NCBI GenBank assembly: GCA_963700285.1
Contig: CAVOXA010000014.1
Coordinates: 980,410-1,044,409, forward strand
DNA from: an uncultured Chloroflexia bacterium
GTDB taxonomy: Bacteria > Chloroflexota > Anaerolineae > JAAYZQ01
Length of the DNA: 64,000 bases
Reading direction: 5' to 3'
A program made the translations under genes and the position numbers. Shown in pieces: positions 28,034 to 36,692 of the stretch. The notes beneath the pieces were generated by a model. That model made no database searches, had not been told where the DNA came from, and worked only from the letters and a program-made list of their open reading frames with translations. The first letter of the stretch is position 1; each line of letters begins with the position of its first letter.

Positions 28034-30781
28034 CTACGGCGATACAACCACTATCACGCCCAGCGAAACGCCATCCCCCAGCAACTGCCCCCCCGCATCC
28101 CGTACCGGTAGCCTCTCCCCCGCTGCCGCTGAATACATGCCCACCCGCAGCTCATACTCGCCGGCTGGCAGCGAATCTGGCAACAGCATACCCCGGCGAT
28201 CAACAATTACTTCGCCCGCCGGCCAACTGCTTGTGGGCCGGGAGCCACCCACCGGGGCGGAATCGCTTTGGGCCCCAAGCTCGCCGTCGCCGTTGACCAA
28301 GTGCACAAAGACGTCATAGTCCATCCCCAGGGTCTCGGTTCCCCGCCAGAAGAGGGTCAGCGGCACGATATCGCCTGGCTGCCAGTTGCTGCCCTGTAGG
28401 TCAAAGCCCACCAGTACCACCTGAGCGCCCAGAAGTGCGTCCACTTCGAGCGCCGGAGCCACGGCAGGCCTAGCCATAGTAGCGCCATAGGTCACCACCT
28501 GCAAACTGTCCGCCCACTCGTGTCCCGCTTGAAAAGCATGGCCACTGAGCCAGTCCAGCGCCCGATCTCGTACCCCCTCACTCCCCGCCGCAGCAAAGGC
28601 TTCGGCATCTCCCAGCACCACGAACAGGCGCTCATCCCCGGCCACGATGGCCGCCAATTCCTCTTCTGAGGCGGGAGCCAGATAGATCTCGGCCGGCCCG
28701 TCATAGTTCGACACAAATGGGGCCGCCAGATCAGAGGGATAGAGCAGAATCGCATCTCCGGGCCGGGTCCGGCCGGTGAGATCCCCCGCCAGTTTGGTTA
28801 CATACTCGACGGGATAGTCCTCAGGCAAGCCATAAAGCTGACGGTAGAGGTACACCGTGTCACCATCAGGCAGCAGGTAGGTTGCCTCCAGATCAAATGC
28901 CTCGGAAAAGAGACGTGTTGGCGCGCCCAAGGCGAAATCATCTGCCCCGGACGCATCCAGAATGGCCTCGATGACCTCTTCCTGTCCCGGGTTCATTCCT
29001 GCATTCACGCGTTTCACCGCGACATAGTCGTGGGCAAAGAGGCGCTCGTAGGGTAGGGTTTCCTCATAGCGGTCCAGCATACCCTCCACCCGCAGGTGGG
29101 GATACTCGGCCAGGATCAGGTAGATGAATGCGCCGGCATTGACCTGCCGTGTACGGGCCAGCAGGCCCAGACTGAGTAGCTCGCGCCCCTCCTCCTGACG
29201 ATGAACCTCCATACGCTGCAGTATGTCCGGCTGGATCCAATAGTCCCGGTCAGTCTGGCCCTCGTCCGGAAGTTCCAGGTAGCCCCCCTGGGCGAACAGC
29301 GTAGTTGCACCCCAGCCTGGTAGGGTGACCCCCAAGTGCTCAGAAACCCTCATTGTCTTACTGACCGGCTCGTAGGACAGGGCAAGGAACTGCAACAAGC
29401 CAAAGACCACCACGAGCGCAAAAAGCGCCCACTTGAAGCCTCGCCAGGGCAGCTTGAGCAGGGCGGCGCCAAAAATGAGGGCGATCGCGGGCAGAACAGG
29501 AAGAAAGGCCCGCGTCTCCTGGTAGATGGAAAAAGTGAGCAGCAGGTAGGCCCCACCGGCCCAGGCGACGACGACCCAGCCTTCGAGCCGGATCGCCCGC
29601 AATACCTGCCCCAATGACCCCTGCCGCCGCAGATAGACCGCCATCGCCAGGACGAGCACAAGCAGAAAGACGCCAAAGAGGAGGAACGACATATGCTCGT
29701 TTGCCAGCCGGCGCAGGTAAAAGAGGTAGGTATCCAATCTGTCCAACTGCAGCGTCCGCCCCCGAGGATCATTGACCCCATAGCCATAGAGCGCCATCCG
29801 CTGGACAAACTCCACGCGGGCCAGGTACCAGGTGGAGGCCAGCGCCGCGGCCAGGGACAGGGAGGCCAGGGAATTCGACAGCGGAGCTGAGGGCAGCATA
29901 ACAAAGTAGATGGTCAGGGCCGCAAGTGCCCACCAGAAGAGGGACAACGCATCGCCCAAGATCAGGTTCTGAACGGCCTCCCGGTTGGGCAGATACCAGA
30001 TTGCCGCCAGCACCAGCCCGCCCAGTAGAGCCAGCAGGAGACGTTTCCAATAGATGCGAGGACGCTGCTTCAGGCGTTGCCACAGCGCCGGCAGCAAACC
30101 AGCGGCAAGGATGGCCACGATCACCGGACCAATGGCAAAGACGGCAAAGGTACGCTTGGTGAGCAGACCCAGGCCCAAGCTCAGTCCAAAAAATAGTGAG
30201 GCGCCTCGCCGCTGGAAACCATCCGTGGACAGCAGCAGCCACACACTCAGAGCGACCATGGCTGTCAGGGCAAATTCCAGGTAAAAGTGACGTGACATGG
30301 CGTAGAACATGGGAAATAAAGCCAGCAAAACGACGCTCACCATGCCAAGGCCCCGCCCGCCCCACCGCTTGCCTATGCCGAACGTTGCCACCAGCAAGAT
30401 CGCCATATAGACCACATTGACCATGGTCGCGATGTCGGAGGTCCAGCCAAACAGGCGGTACATGGGCGTCGCCGATGCGGGAAAGAGAGGGGGGCGTACC
30501 GGGTCACTGACCATAACGTCAAAGAGCGATTGGATCGAGAGGGGGCTAAGCATCCGGGCATAGTTCAGGCTGTGGGCCAGATGGCGCGGCCTATCCCAGC
30601 CCGTCAAGGTGACATTTTCGGTCAGCCAGATCCAGTTGTTGATGGCGTGAAAGAGAAGCAATCCTGCTATCAGCAACCAGGGAGCCAAACGCATGAACCA
30701 CGTGGCGCTTTGGCTCCACACGGAAGCAGGGTCGTTCCCACCTTCTGAGACCGTATCCAGGTTTGAGGCCAGACCAGACAT
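28034..30781 (-). CDS. GT-C fold membrane glycosyltransferase (ArnT/GT39-like) with C-terminal extracellular domain
   Basis: WD..RH and RPPL loop motifs, GLGLLTK, many TMs, C-terminal YDVFVHL..D..P..G.RPTSSW..GE. Confidence 0.85.
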   Translation of the reverse strand: MSGLASNLDTVSEGGNDPASVWSQSATWFMRLAPWLLIAGLLLFHAINNWIWLTENVTLTGWDRPRHLAHSLNYARMLSPLSIQSLFDVMVSDPVRPPLFPASATPMYRLFGWTSDIATMVNVVYMAILLVATFGIGKRWGGRGLGMVSVVLLALFPMFYAMSRHFYLEFALTAMVALSVWLLLSTDGFQRRGASLFFGLSLGLGLLTKRTFAVFAIGPVIVAILAAGLLPALWQRLKQRPRIYWKRLLLALLGGLVLAAIWYLPNREAVQNLILGDALSLFWWALAALTIYFVMLPSAPLSNSLASLSLAAALASTWYLARVEFVQRMALYGYGVNDPRGRTLQLDRLDTYLFYLRRLANEHMSFLLFGVFLLVLVLAMAVYLRRQGSLGQVLRAIRLEGWVVVAWAGGAYLLLTFSIYQETRAFLPVLPAIALIFGAALLKLPWRGFKWALFALVVVFGLLQFLALSYEPVSKTMRVSEHLGVTLPGWGATTLFAQGGYLELPDEGQTDRDYWIQPDILQRMEVHRQEEGRELLSLGLLARTRQVNAGAFIYLILAEYPHLRVEGMLDRYEETLPYERLFAHDYVAVKRVNAGMNPGQEEVIEAILDASGADDFALGAPTRLFSEAFDLEATYLLPDGDTVYLYRQLYGLPEDYPVEYVTKLAGDLTGRTRPGDAILLYPSDLAAPFVSNYDGPAEIYLAPASEEELAAIVAGDERLFVVLGDAEAFAAAGSEGVRDRALDWLSGHAFQAGHEWADSLQVVTYGATMARPAVAPALEVDALLGAQVVLVGFDLQGSNWQPGDIVPLTLFWRGTETLGMDYDVFVHLVNGDGELGAQSDSAPVGGSRPTSSWPAGEVIVDRRGMLLPDSLPAGEYELRVGMYSAAAGERLPVRDAGGQLLGDGVSLGVIVVVSP

Positions 30782-30870
30782 CGTGTATCCTACGCGCTCG
30801 AGTTCGCTCCGGGCATCCGCCGCCTGGCGGACAGGGCCATACCGCCCTCCCCAGAGCAGAAACGCTGGTT

Positions 30871-30899
30871 AGCATAGCACCAATTCAGCTTTTGGTCAA
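30871..30899 (-). promoter_or_regulatory. Sigma70-type promoter (minus strand) for the GT-C gene
   Basis: TTGACC-N17-TATGCT on the minus strand. Confidence 0.65.
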
Positions 30900-30970
30900 C
30901 TGAATTGCGCCGCTGGCCTTGGAGGCGCCCACCCCAGATTGGCAGGCTCGAAGAGCCTCAGTGAGAAGCT

Positions 30971-30997
30971 GTCATTCCCGCGCAGGCGGGAATCCAC
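30971..30997. repeat. Short palindromic repeat GTCATTCCCGCGCAGGCGGGAATCCAC (copy 2)
   Basis: Hairpin; matches 2834-2865; lies between divergent promoters. Confidence 0.8.
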
Positions 30998-31096
30998 TCC
31001 TCGCCAGCCAGAGCCCCTGGCCTTGGCAGCGGCTCGGAGCACTCGAGTACGGCATCCGGTCAGATGCGATTGCCTCAGTCGGTTCGAGGGCCTGCC

Positions 31097-31125
31097 TTGA
31101 CGCACCGTTGGTCCCCGAGTATAAT
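31097..31125 (+). promoter_or_regulatory. Sigma70-type promoter for the second GT-C gene
   Basis: TTGACG-N17-TATAAT. Confidence 0.8.
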
Positions 31126-31187
31126 GCCCAGGCTTGAACGGGTCCGTCCAGGCGCAATGGGCCGGATCACAGCCTACGGAGAATCGC

Positions 31188-33857
31188 ATGTCCGCAGCAG
31201 CGCACTCGAAAAGCCTGGCACATCGTGTGGGCACAAAACTTGACCGCTTTGGTCCAGCTTTGCTGATCGCGGCGCTCGTCGCCTGGCATGCCGTTCACAA
31301 CTGGATCTGGCTCTCAAGCAACACGGTGCTGACAGGCTGGGACAAGGCGCGCCACCTTGCCCAGAGCCTGACCTACAACAACCTGCTCGCACCCCTAACA
31401 CTGAGAACCTTCTTTGGCGCGCTCATCAGCGACTCGGTGCGCCCGCCCTTTGCGCCCATGGCAGCCGTTCCCCTGTACCGGCTGTTTGGGACCTCAAGCG
31501 ACGTAGCCGCAATGCTCAATATCCTCTATCTCGCCGTGGTCCTAGTAGCAACCTACAAGATCGGCGTTCTTTTGCGCGGCCGCAGTCTGGGCGTCCTAAG
31601 CGTGCTGCTGCTGGCACTGTTCCCCATGTTTTACGCCATGTCCCGCTATTTCTACCTGGAATTTCTGTTGACTGCGCTGGTGGCGCTGACCCTGTGGCTG
31701 TTACTCCGCAGCGACGGCTTTCAGAAAAGGCGTACATCTCTGCTCTTTGGACTCTGTCTGGGCCTCGGACTCCTGACCAAGAGAACCTACGTGGCCTTTG
31801 TCCTGGCCCCAGTGGCTTTCGTAGTTCTGACATCGGACGCATTCCCCAGCCTTTGGCGGCGCTTTCGGGGAGGTATTCGGATAGATCTTGGGCACGCAGC
31901 CCTAGCCTTTGCGGGAGGACTGCTCCTGGCAGCAGCCTGGTTCCTGCCTAACTGGTCCGCTGTCCAGGGGCGGGCGCTGGGAGGATGGATCTTGCCCATC
32001 TGGGCAATTCTGGTGGCAATAACCATCTATCTTTTACTAAGGCCTTCCGGTCCAGATGTGAACTTTTTGTCCGCTGTGTCCCTGGGCGCAGTGGTGGGCT
32101 CAACCTGGTACCTGGCAAACACCGGCTTCATCCAGAGGATGCTTCTATTTGCCTATGGCGTGAACGATCCCCGCGGCCGGACTATCAAGGTCGACAGCCT
32201 GCACACCTACACCGAGTACCTTGTCACGTTGATAAACCAGCATATCTCACTCTCAGTGATCATCCTACTCATCCTCGCGGCGCTACTTCTGGGCATTGGG
32301 CTCTTGCGCGGAAAGAGTTCCCTTACGGCCTTGCGCCACATTCGCTCGGGTTGGTGGGCCGTGCTACTCTGGCTTGTGGGTCCTTATGTCGTGCTGACCA
32401 TGTCCATATACCATGAAACACGGGCCATCACGCCGGTTTTGCCAGCCGTCGCTTTGCTGGGCGCCGGGCTCATCCTCAAGATCCCCTGGCGGAGCGTACG
32501 CACCGTTCTGATTGTGGTGCTGATGCTATTCGGCATCGTGCAGTTCTATGCCGTCTCTTTTGAACCGCTCCACGGTCTGGTGGAAGCCACCTCGCTTCGG
32601 CTGCCCTTCTTGGGCGACACGGGCCTGCTGGGCCGGGGCGGATACCTCCAGGTGCCCGATGCCGAAGCCACCGACAGCGGTTACTGGATCGAGCCCGATG
32701 TGTTGGAGCGGATGGAGGCGGAGCGTCTGGCACAAGGTTGGGAGAGCGCTTCTCTGGGCCTGTTGGTCAATGCCAAACAGATCAACTTTGAGCATTTCGC
32801 CTATCTGACCCTGGCCGACGGTTACTATCCCCAGATCACCGTCGAGCGGCTGGCTCGGGCTCATGGACCCGAGCCGGTCTACCCCCGTCTCTTCCGGCAC
32901 GACTATGTGCTGGTCAAGCGCGTCAACGACGCCGCCGATGCCGACAGCCAGGCGGTGATCGACCAGATCCTCGACAAACCGCCAGCGCTCTTCCAGCAAG
33001 CTTTTGCGCTGGACACGAGCTACCCGCTACCGGATGGAGACATAGTCTATCTCTACCGCCGGCAGGAACGCCCGCCTGGTGGGGTAGCGGCCGACCTCTC
33101 TCCAGAACTGTCACAGGCCCTGAACGTGATGGCCAATGAGGGCAGTGCGGTTGTCATGATTCCACCGAACCTTGTCCCCTTGCTTGGCCAGTACCTGGAA
33201 GCAGATCTGGACACCTACGTGCTGCCCGGCCAGGGTACAGCCGAGGAGGCCATGGCAGAGATAGCCATGGGTCACGACCTGGTGTTTGCGGTCTTTGGCG
33301 AGTGGGATGCAGACGAGCTGGACCGCGCTGGAAGGCGCTGGCTGGACGAACACGGCTATCGAGCTTGGGATGACTGGTTTGGCCCCACCCAGTTGGTAGT
33401 CTATGGCCTGTCCTCCAAGCCCGCCCAAGCCGAGGTTCTGCCCCTGGGCGCTGCCCTGGGCGAGAACCTGACCCTGCAGGGATACTCAGTTAGGCAAGGG
33501 CAAGCTGAAGATGAAAGCCTGCTGTACGTTACACTTGTCTGGGAGGTACGCGAGCCAGTGGGGCAAGACTACAAAGTATTCGTCCATCTCGTAGACCGCG
33601 ATGGCCAATTGGTCGCCCAGCGGGATAGCGAACCGCTCAACGGATTAAAGCCGACGACGAGCTGGGAAAAGGGTGAGGCCATCACCGACCGTCTGGGTCT
33701 GTGGCTGCCGCCAGACCTGCCGCCAGGCGAGTATCAGATGCTGGTTGGGATGTACGACCCGGAAACGCTTGAGCGCCTGAGCGTTCTCGATGCAGCCGGA
33801 GAGGTAACAGGCGACAGCATCCCCCTGGGCTCCGTGACCATCCCAGCAGACCACTAA
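31188..33857 (+). CDS. GT-C fold membrane glycosyltransferase, paralogue of 28034-30781
   Basis: NWIWL..LTGWD..RHLA, LFPMFYAMSR, YGVNDPRGRT shared with the neighbour; C-terminal YKVFVHL domain; ATG after GGAG. Confidence 0.85.
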   Translation: MSAAAHSKSLAHRVGTKLDRFGPALLIAALVAWHAVHNWIWLSSNTVLTGWDKARHLAQSLTYNNLLAPLTLRTFFGALISDSVRPPFAPMAAVPLYRLFGTSSDVAAMLNILYLAVVLVATYKIGVLLRGRSLGVLSVLLLALFPMFYAMSRYFYLEFLLTALVALTLWLLLRSDGFQKRRTSLLFGLCLGLGLLTKRTYVAFVLAPVAFVVLTSDAFPSLWRRFRGGIRIDLGHAALAFAGGLLLAAAWFLPNWSAVQGRALGGWILPIWAILVAITIYLLLRPSGPDVNFLSAVSLGAVVGSTWYLANTGFIQRMLLFAYGVNDPRGRTIKVDSLHTYTEYLVTLINQHISLSVIILLILAALLLGIGLLRGKSSLTALRHIRSGWWAVLLWLVGPYVVLTMSIYHETRAITPVLPAVALLGAGLILKIPWRSVRTVLIVVLMLFGIVQFYAVSFEPLHGLVEATSLRLPFLGDTGLLGRGGYLQVPDAEATDSGYWIEPDVLERMEAERLAQGWESASLGLLVNAKQINFEHFAYLTLADGYYPQITVERLARAHGPEPVYPRLFRHDYVLVKRVNDAADADSQAVIDQILDKPPALFQQAFALDTSYPLPDGDIVYLYRRQERPPGGVAADLSPELSQALNVMANEGSAVVMIPPNLVPLLGQYLEADLDTYVLPGQGTAEEAMAEIAMGHDLVFAVFGEWDADELDRAGRRWLDEHGYRAWDDWFGPTQLVVYGLSSKPAQAEVLPLGAALGENLTLQGYSVRQGQAEDESLLYVTLVWEVREPVGQDYKVFVHLVDRDGQLVAQRDSEPLNGLKPTTSWEKGEAITDRLGLWLPPDLPPGEYQMLVGMYDPETLERLSVLDAAGEVTGDSIPLGSVTIPADH

Positions 33858-33991
33858 CCTGCACAGCCCACCCAATCGCACTGGTCATTCTGTACCAGGA
33901 TGCGACACCCGAACAATCGACTCATTGCTTTGTAATGAACTCTTGGCGTTGGAGCGCCAGCTACGAACTCGGCCACTCGGAGCCGGTATCT

Positions 33992-35011
33992 CTAGTCTTG
34001 CAGGGCCGAGTCTTGCACGGCTGCGTCTTGCATGGCCCAACCGCCGGTGAGCATGGCCAGTAGGGCAAGGAGCAGGTCCACTACCACCGTGATGCCCCGC
34101 AACAGAAGCATGGACAGAATGGCCACCTCGGCCCCCACGGCCGGTGTGAGAACAAGCGCACCAACTCCCTCGCGAATCCCCAAACCCACCGGTGCAAAAA
34201 GGGCCAGAAAACCGGCCACAGTCCCCAGAGCTATGGAAGCCAGAGCTAGGGGATAAACACTCATATCTAGTTCCGTAAAGGCCGCCAGGCACAGATAGGC
34301 CCCTAAACCGGCTAGCGCCCAGGTCATCAGGTACAGAAAGGCAACCCAGAGGTAAAAGACTGCATCCAAGTCGGCCAGCATTTCATCCTGCCCGCGCGAA
34401 GCCGCAGCGGTGTCCCCGGTTGACTCCGTCGCCGACGATTCCGTCGCCGGCGCCCTCTGCAGCCGTTCACCGATCTTTTGTGCCAGACCGATCAGCAGAC
34501 CCAAGAAGCGAGGATGGATGAGCAATACGAGCAGGAGGGGCAGGGCTAGGACCGTATACCGGAGCGCAGGCTGGAGCAGGCCCAGGACTGGCAGCCCACA
34601 CAGAGCAGCGGTCAGGATCCATAGCGCCATCGAAATGGCAAAGGCGGCGCCGATCTGTAGGTTGCCGATACCTGCTGCGCGGGAAAGTAGGTAAAAGCTG
34701 CCAACAAAAAGCACCTTGCCAGGCAGATACTTGCCCAATTGGGATATCGAGGTAATGCGGAACACGGTCCAGTACGTGGGTGGGGCATCCAGGCGACGGT
34801 AGATGCCGTACTGGATGTAACTGTACAAAAAGCTGGAGAGCCCGGTGACAACAAAGGCCGCCGCCAAAGGCAGCGGCTGGATCTGCCCTAAAAGCTCAGG
34901 CAAGCGGTTGCCCCAGCGCACGAGGTAAAAACCTGCCGCCGCCAGGAGCAGAGCGAAATAGCCGATCTTGACCGCAGGATGAGCGACGATGCGCCTGATG
35001 CGACTAGCCAT
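33992..35011 (-). CDS. Lysylphosphatidylglycerol synthase TM / flippase-like protein (UPF0104)
   Basis: SQLGKYLPGKV and APVGLGIREG motifs; multiple TMs. Confidence 0.85.
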   Translation of the reverse strand: MASRIRRIVAHPAVKIGYFALLLAAAGFYLVRWGNRLPELLGQIQPLPLAAAFVVTGLSSFLYSYIQYGIYRRLDAPPTYWTVFRITSISQLGKYLPGKVLFVGSFYLLSRAAGIGNLQIGAAFAISMALWILTAALCGLPVLGLLQPALRYTVLALPLLLVLLIHPRFLGLLIGLAQKIGERLQRAPATESSATESTGDTAAASRGQDEMLADLDAVFYLWVAFLYLMTWALAGLGAYLCLAAFTELDMSVYPLALASIALGTVAGFLALFAPVGLGIREGVGALVLTPAVGAEVAILSMLLLRGITVVVDLLLALLAMLTGGWAMQDAAVQDSALQD

Positions 35012-35777
35012 GCTCCCCTGCTACCGGCGCGTCACTGCCCCGCTCGCCCACAATCTGGGCTGGGACGCCACGAGCGATGCTATAAGGCGGCAGGTCGCGC
35101 GTGACCACTGCCCCAGCCGCGACTACTGCCCCCTGCCCTACCGTGACCCCACCCAGCACGATGACGGAGGCGCCCAGCCAGACGTCGTCCTCAACGACAA
35201 TAGGGCGCTCCTCAGTAGGCTGGGCTCGGATAGGCACATCACGGCGGGCAAAGGTATGGTTTCCGCAGATGAGTTGCACGTCGTTGGCCAGGAGCACGTC
35301 CTTTCCCAGGCGAATGCCGCCGTGGCCGTAGAACAAGCAGCGATGGCCGATATAGGCACGGTCCTCGATGATGATCTCGGCGCCGCGACCGGCAACGAGA
35401 TAACAATCGCGGGACAACCACGCGTCATCTTTCAGCTCGACCCGGCCAGTGAGGGAATGCGCATCGACGAAGCAGTTTTCGCCAATCATCACCCGCTGTC
35501 CCATAAAGACCCCGCGAGGCACCTGCCACCGGACGCCCCTCTCGATGAAGCAGCCCTTGCCTATCCCACCTAGCACGGAGCGGTAGGCGCGGGCCCTGAG
35601 CACAGAGCCAAAAACCGTGGGCAAACCGCTGAACAGGGTCAGGATGGTACCTTGCCACACCCATCGCCGCCACGAATGCCCCCCCGTCATGCGTATGACA
35701 TAGCGGCGCATGTTTTGGCCAGTTCCGCCGCCAATACTTGCGGTAGTGTACGATAGCGCTTCATTATCAGGCATCAT
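35004..35777 (-). CDS. Hexapeptide-repeat (LbH) O-acyltransferase
   Basis: VEDDVWLGA..LGGVTVGQGAVVAAGAVVTRDLPPYSIARGVPA. Confidence 0.9.
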   Translation of the reverse strand: MMPDNEALSYTTASIGGGTGQNMRRYVIRMTGGHSWRRWVWQGTILTLFSGLPTVFGSVLRARAYRSVLGGIGKGCFIERGVRWQVPRGVFMGQRVMIGENCFVDAHSLTGRVELKDDAWLSRDCYLVAGRGAEIIIEDRAYIGHRCLFYGHGGIRLGKDVLLANDVQLICGNHTFARRDVPIRAQPTEERPIVVEDDVWLGASVIVLGGVTVGQGAVVAAGAVVTRDLPPYSIARGVPAQIVGERGSDAPVAGEHG

Positions 35778-35793
35778 GTTACCAATGTAGAGC

Positions 35794-36684
35794 CTATGGG
35801 AGCGAAACAAGGGCTGGTTGGCTATCTGTGGGACCGGTCTTGCGAGCCGTAAACACCAACCCATAGCCCCGTTGCTGCTCAGAGCGATCCGCCAGCACCA
35901 CGATCGGATAGATTAGCAGGGATGTGAGCATATAGACCAGGCGGCCGATGCCGCGGCTGGGATCAAGACCTCGAAAGAGATGAAAGACCTCAAAATGAAG
36001 GGCACCCAGCCGAGTAAGGTAGGCGTGTTGATCCAGCACATCAAAACCCAGCCCTTGCAGCTCGTCTGCCAGCAGATCCCCGTGGTACCGGCGCTGGACG
36101 TCATAGGTCACGGCCAAAGAGTCGTCCAGGCCCTGAGCGACGGAGGGAGCGTTGGCCACTTCGGGCCTCAGCAAACGGGCTTTTGTCGCTGGGGATAGAT
36201 TCTCCAGGAAGCTCAAGGTCAGTTCGTGATCAGCATTATCCACCGTAAGATAGAGCAATCCGCTAGGTTTCAAGACGCGGTACATCCCGAGCAGAGCGCT
36301 GTGGTCGTCCACGATATGCTCCAGCACGCAGTTGCAGACGACCAGATCATAAAGATCTGCGGTCAACGGCAGGATGGCGCCATCAGCCAGCAGATAGGTA
36401 GCGCGGCCATCTAGGCCAATGCCCTGCGCCGTTTGGTGCGCCGCCCGCAAGTCTGACGCCGACAGATCGCAGCCATCCAGGCTGGCGTCATGCAGGGCAA
36501 ACTCCAGGGAGTAGAAGCCATGCCCGCAGCCCACATCCAGTACCCGCCAGCCGGCTACGTCGTCTACCCAGGGCGCCAGGTGGTGCATCTCCACGGCGCG
36601 CATCAGGTTGGTATAGCGCAAGATCGGATAGATCAGCCGGGACACCGGCCGCGGCAGGCGGCTAAACCAGACCCCCAGGCTCAT
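35794..36684 (-). CDS. Class I SAM-dependent methyltransferase
   Basis: VLDVGCGHG, YDLVVCNCVLEHI, RVLKPSG. Confidence 0.9.
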   Translation of the reverse strand: MSLGVWFSRLPRPVSRLIYPILRYTNLMRAVEMHHLAPWVDDVAGWRVLDVGCGHGFYSLEFALHDASLDGCDLSASDLRAAHQTAQGIGLDGRATYLLADGAILPLTADLYDLVVCNCVLEHIVDDHSALLGMYRVLKPSGLLYLTVDNADHELTLSFLENLSPATKARLLRPEVANAPSVAQGLDDSLAVTYDVQRRYHGDLLADELQGLGFDVLDQHAYLTRLGALHFEVFHLFRGLDPSRGIGRLVYMLTSLLIYPIVVLADRSEQQRGYGLVFTARKTGPTDSQPALVSLP

Positions 36685-36692
36685 GTCTGATC

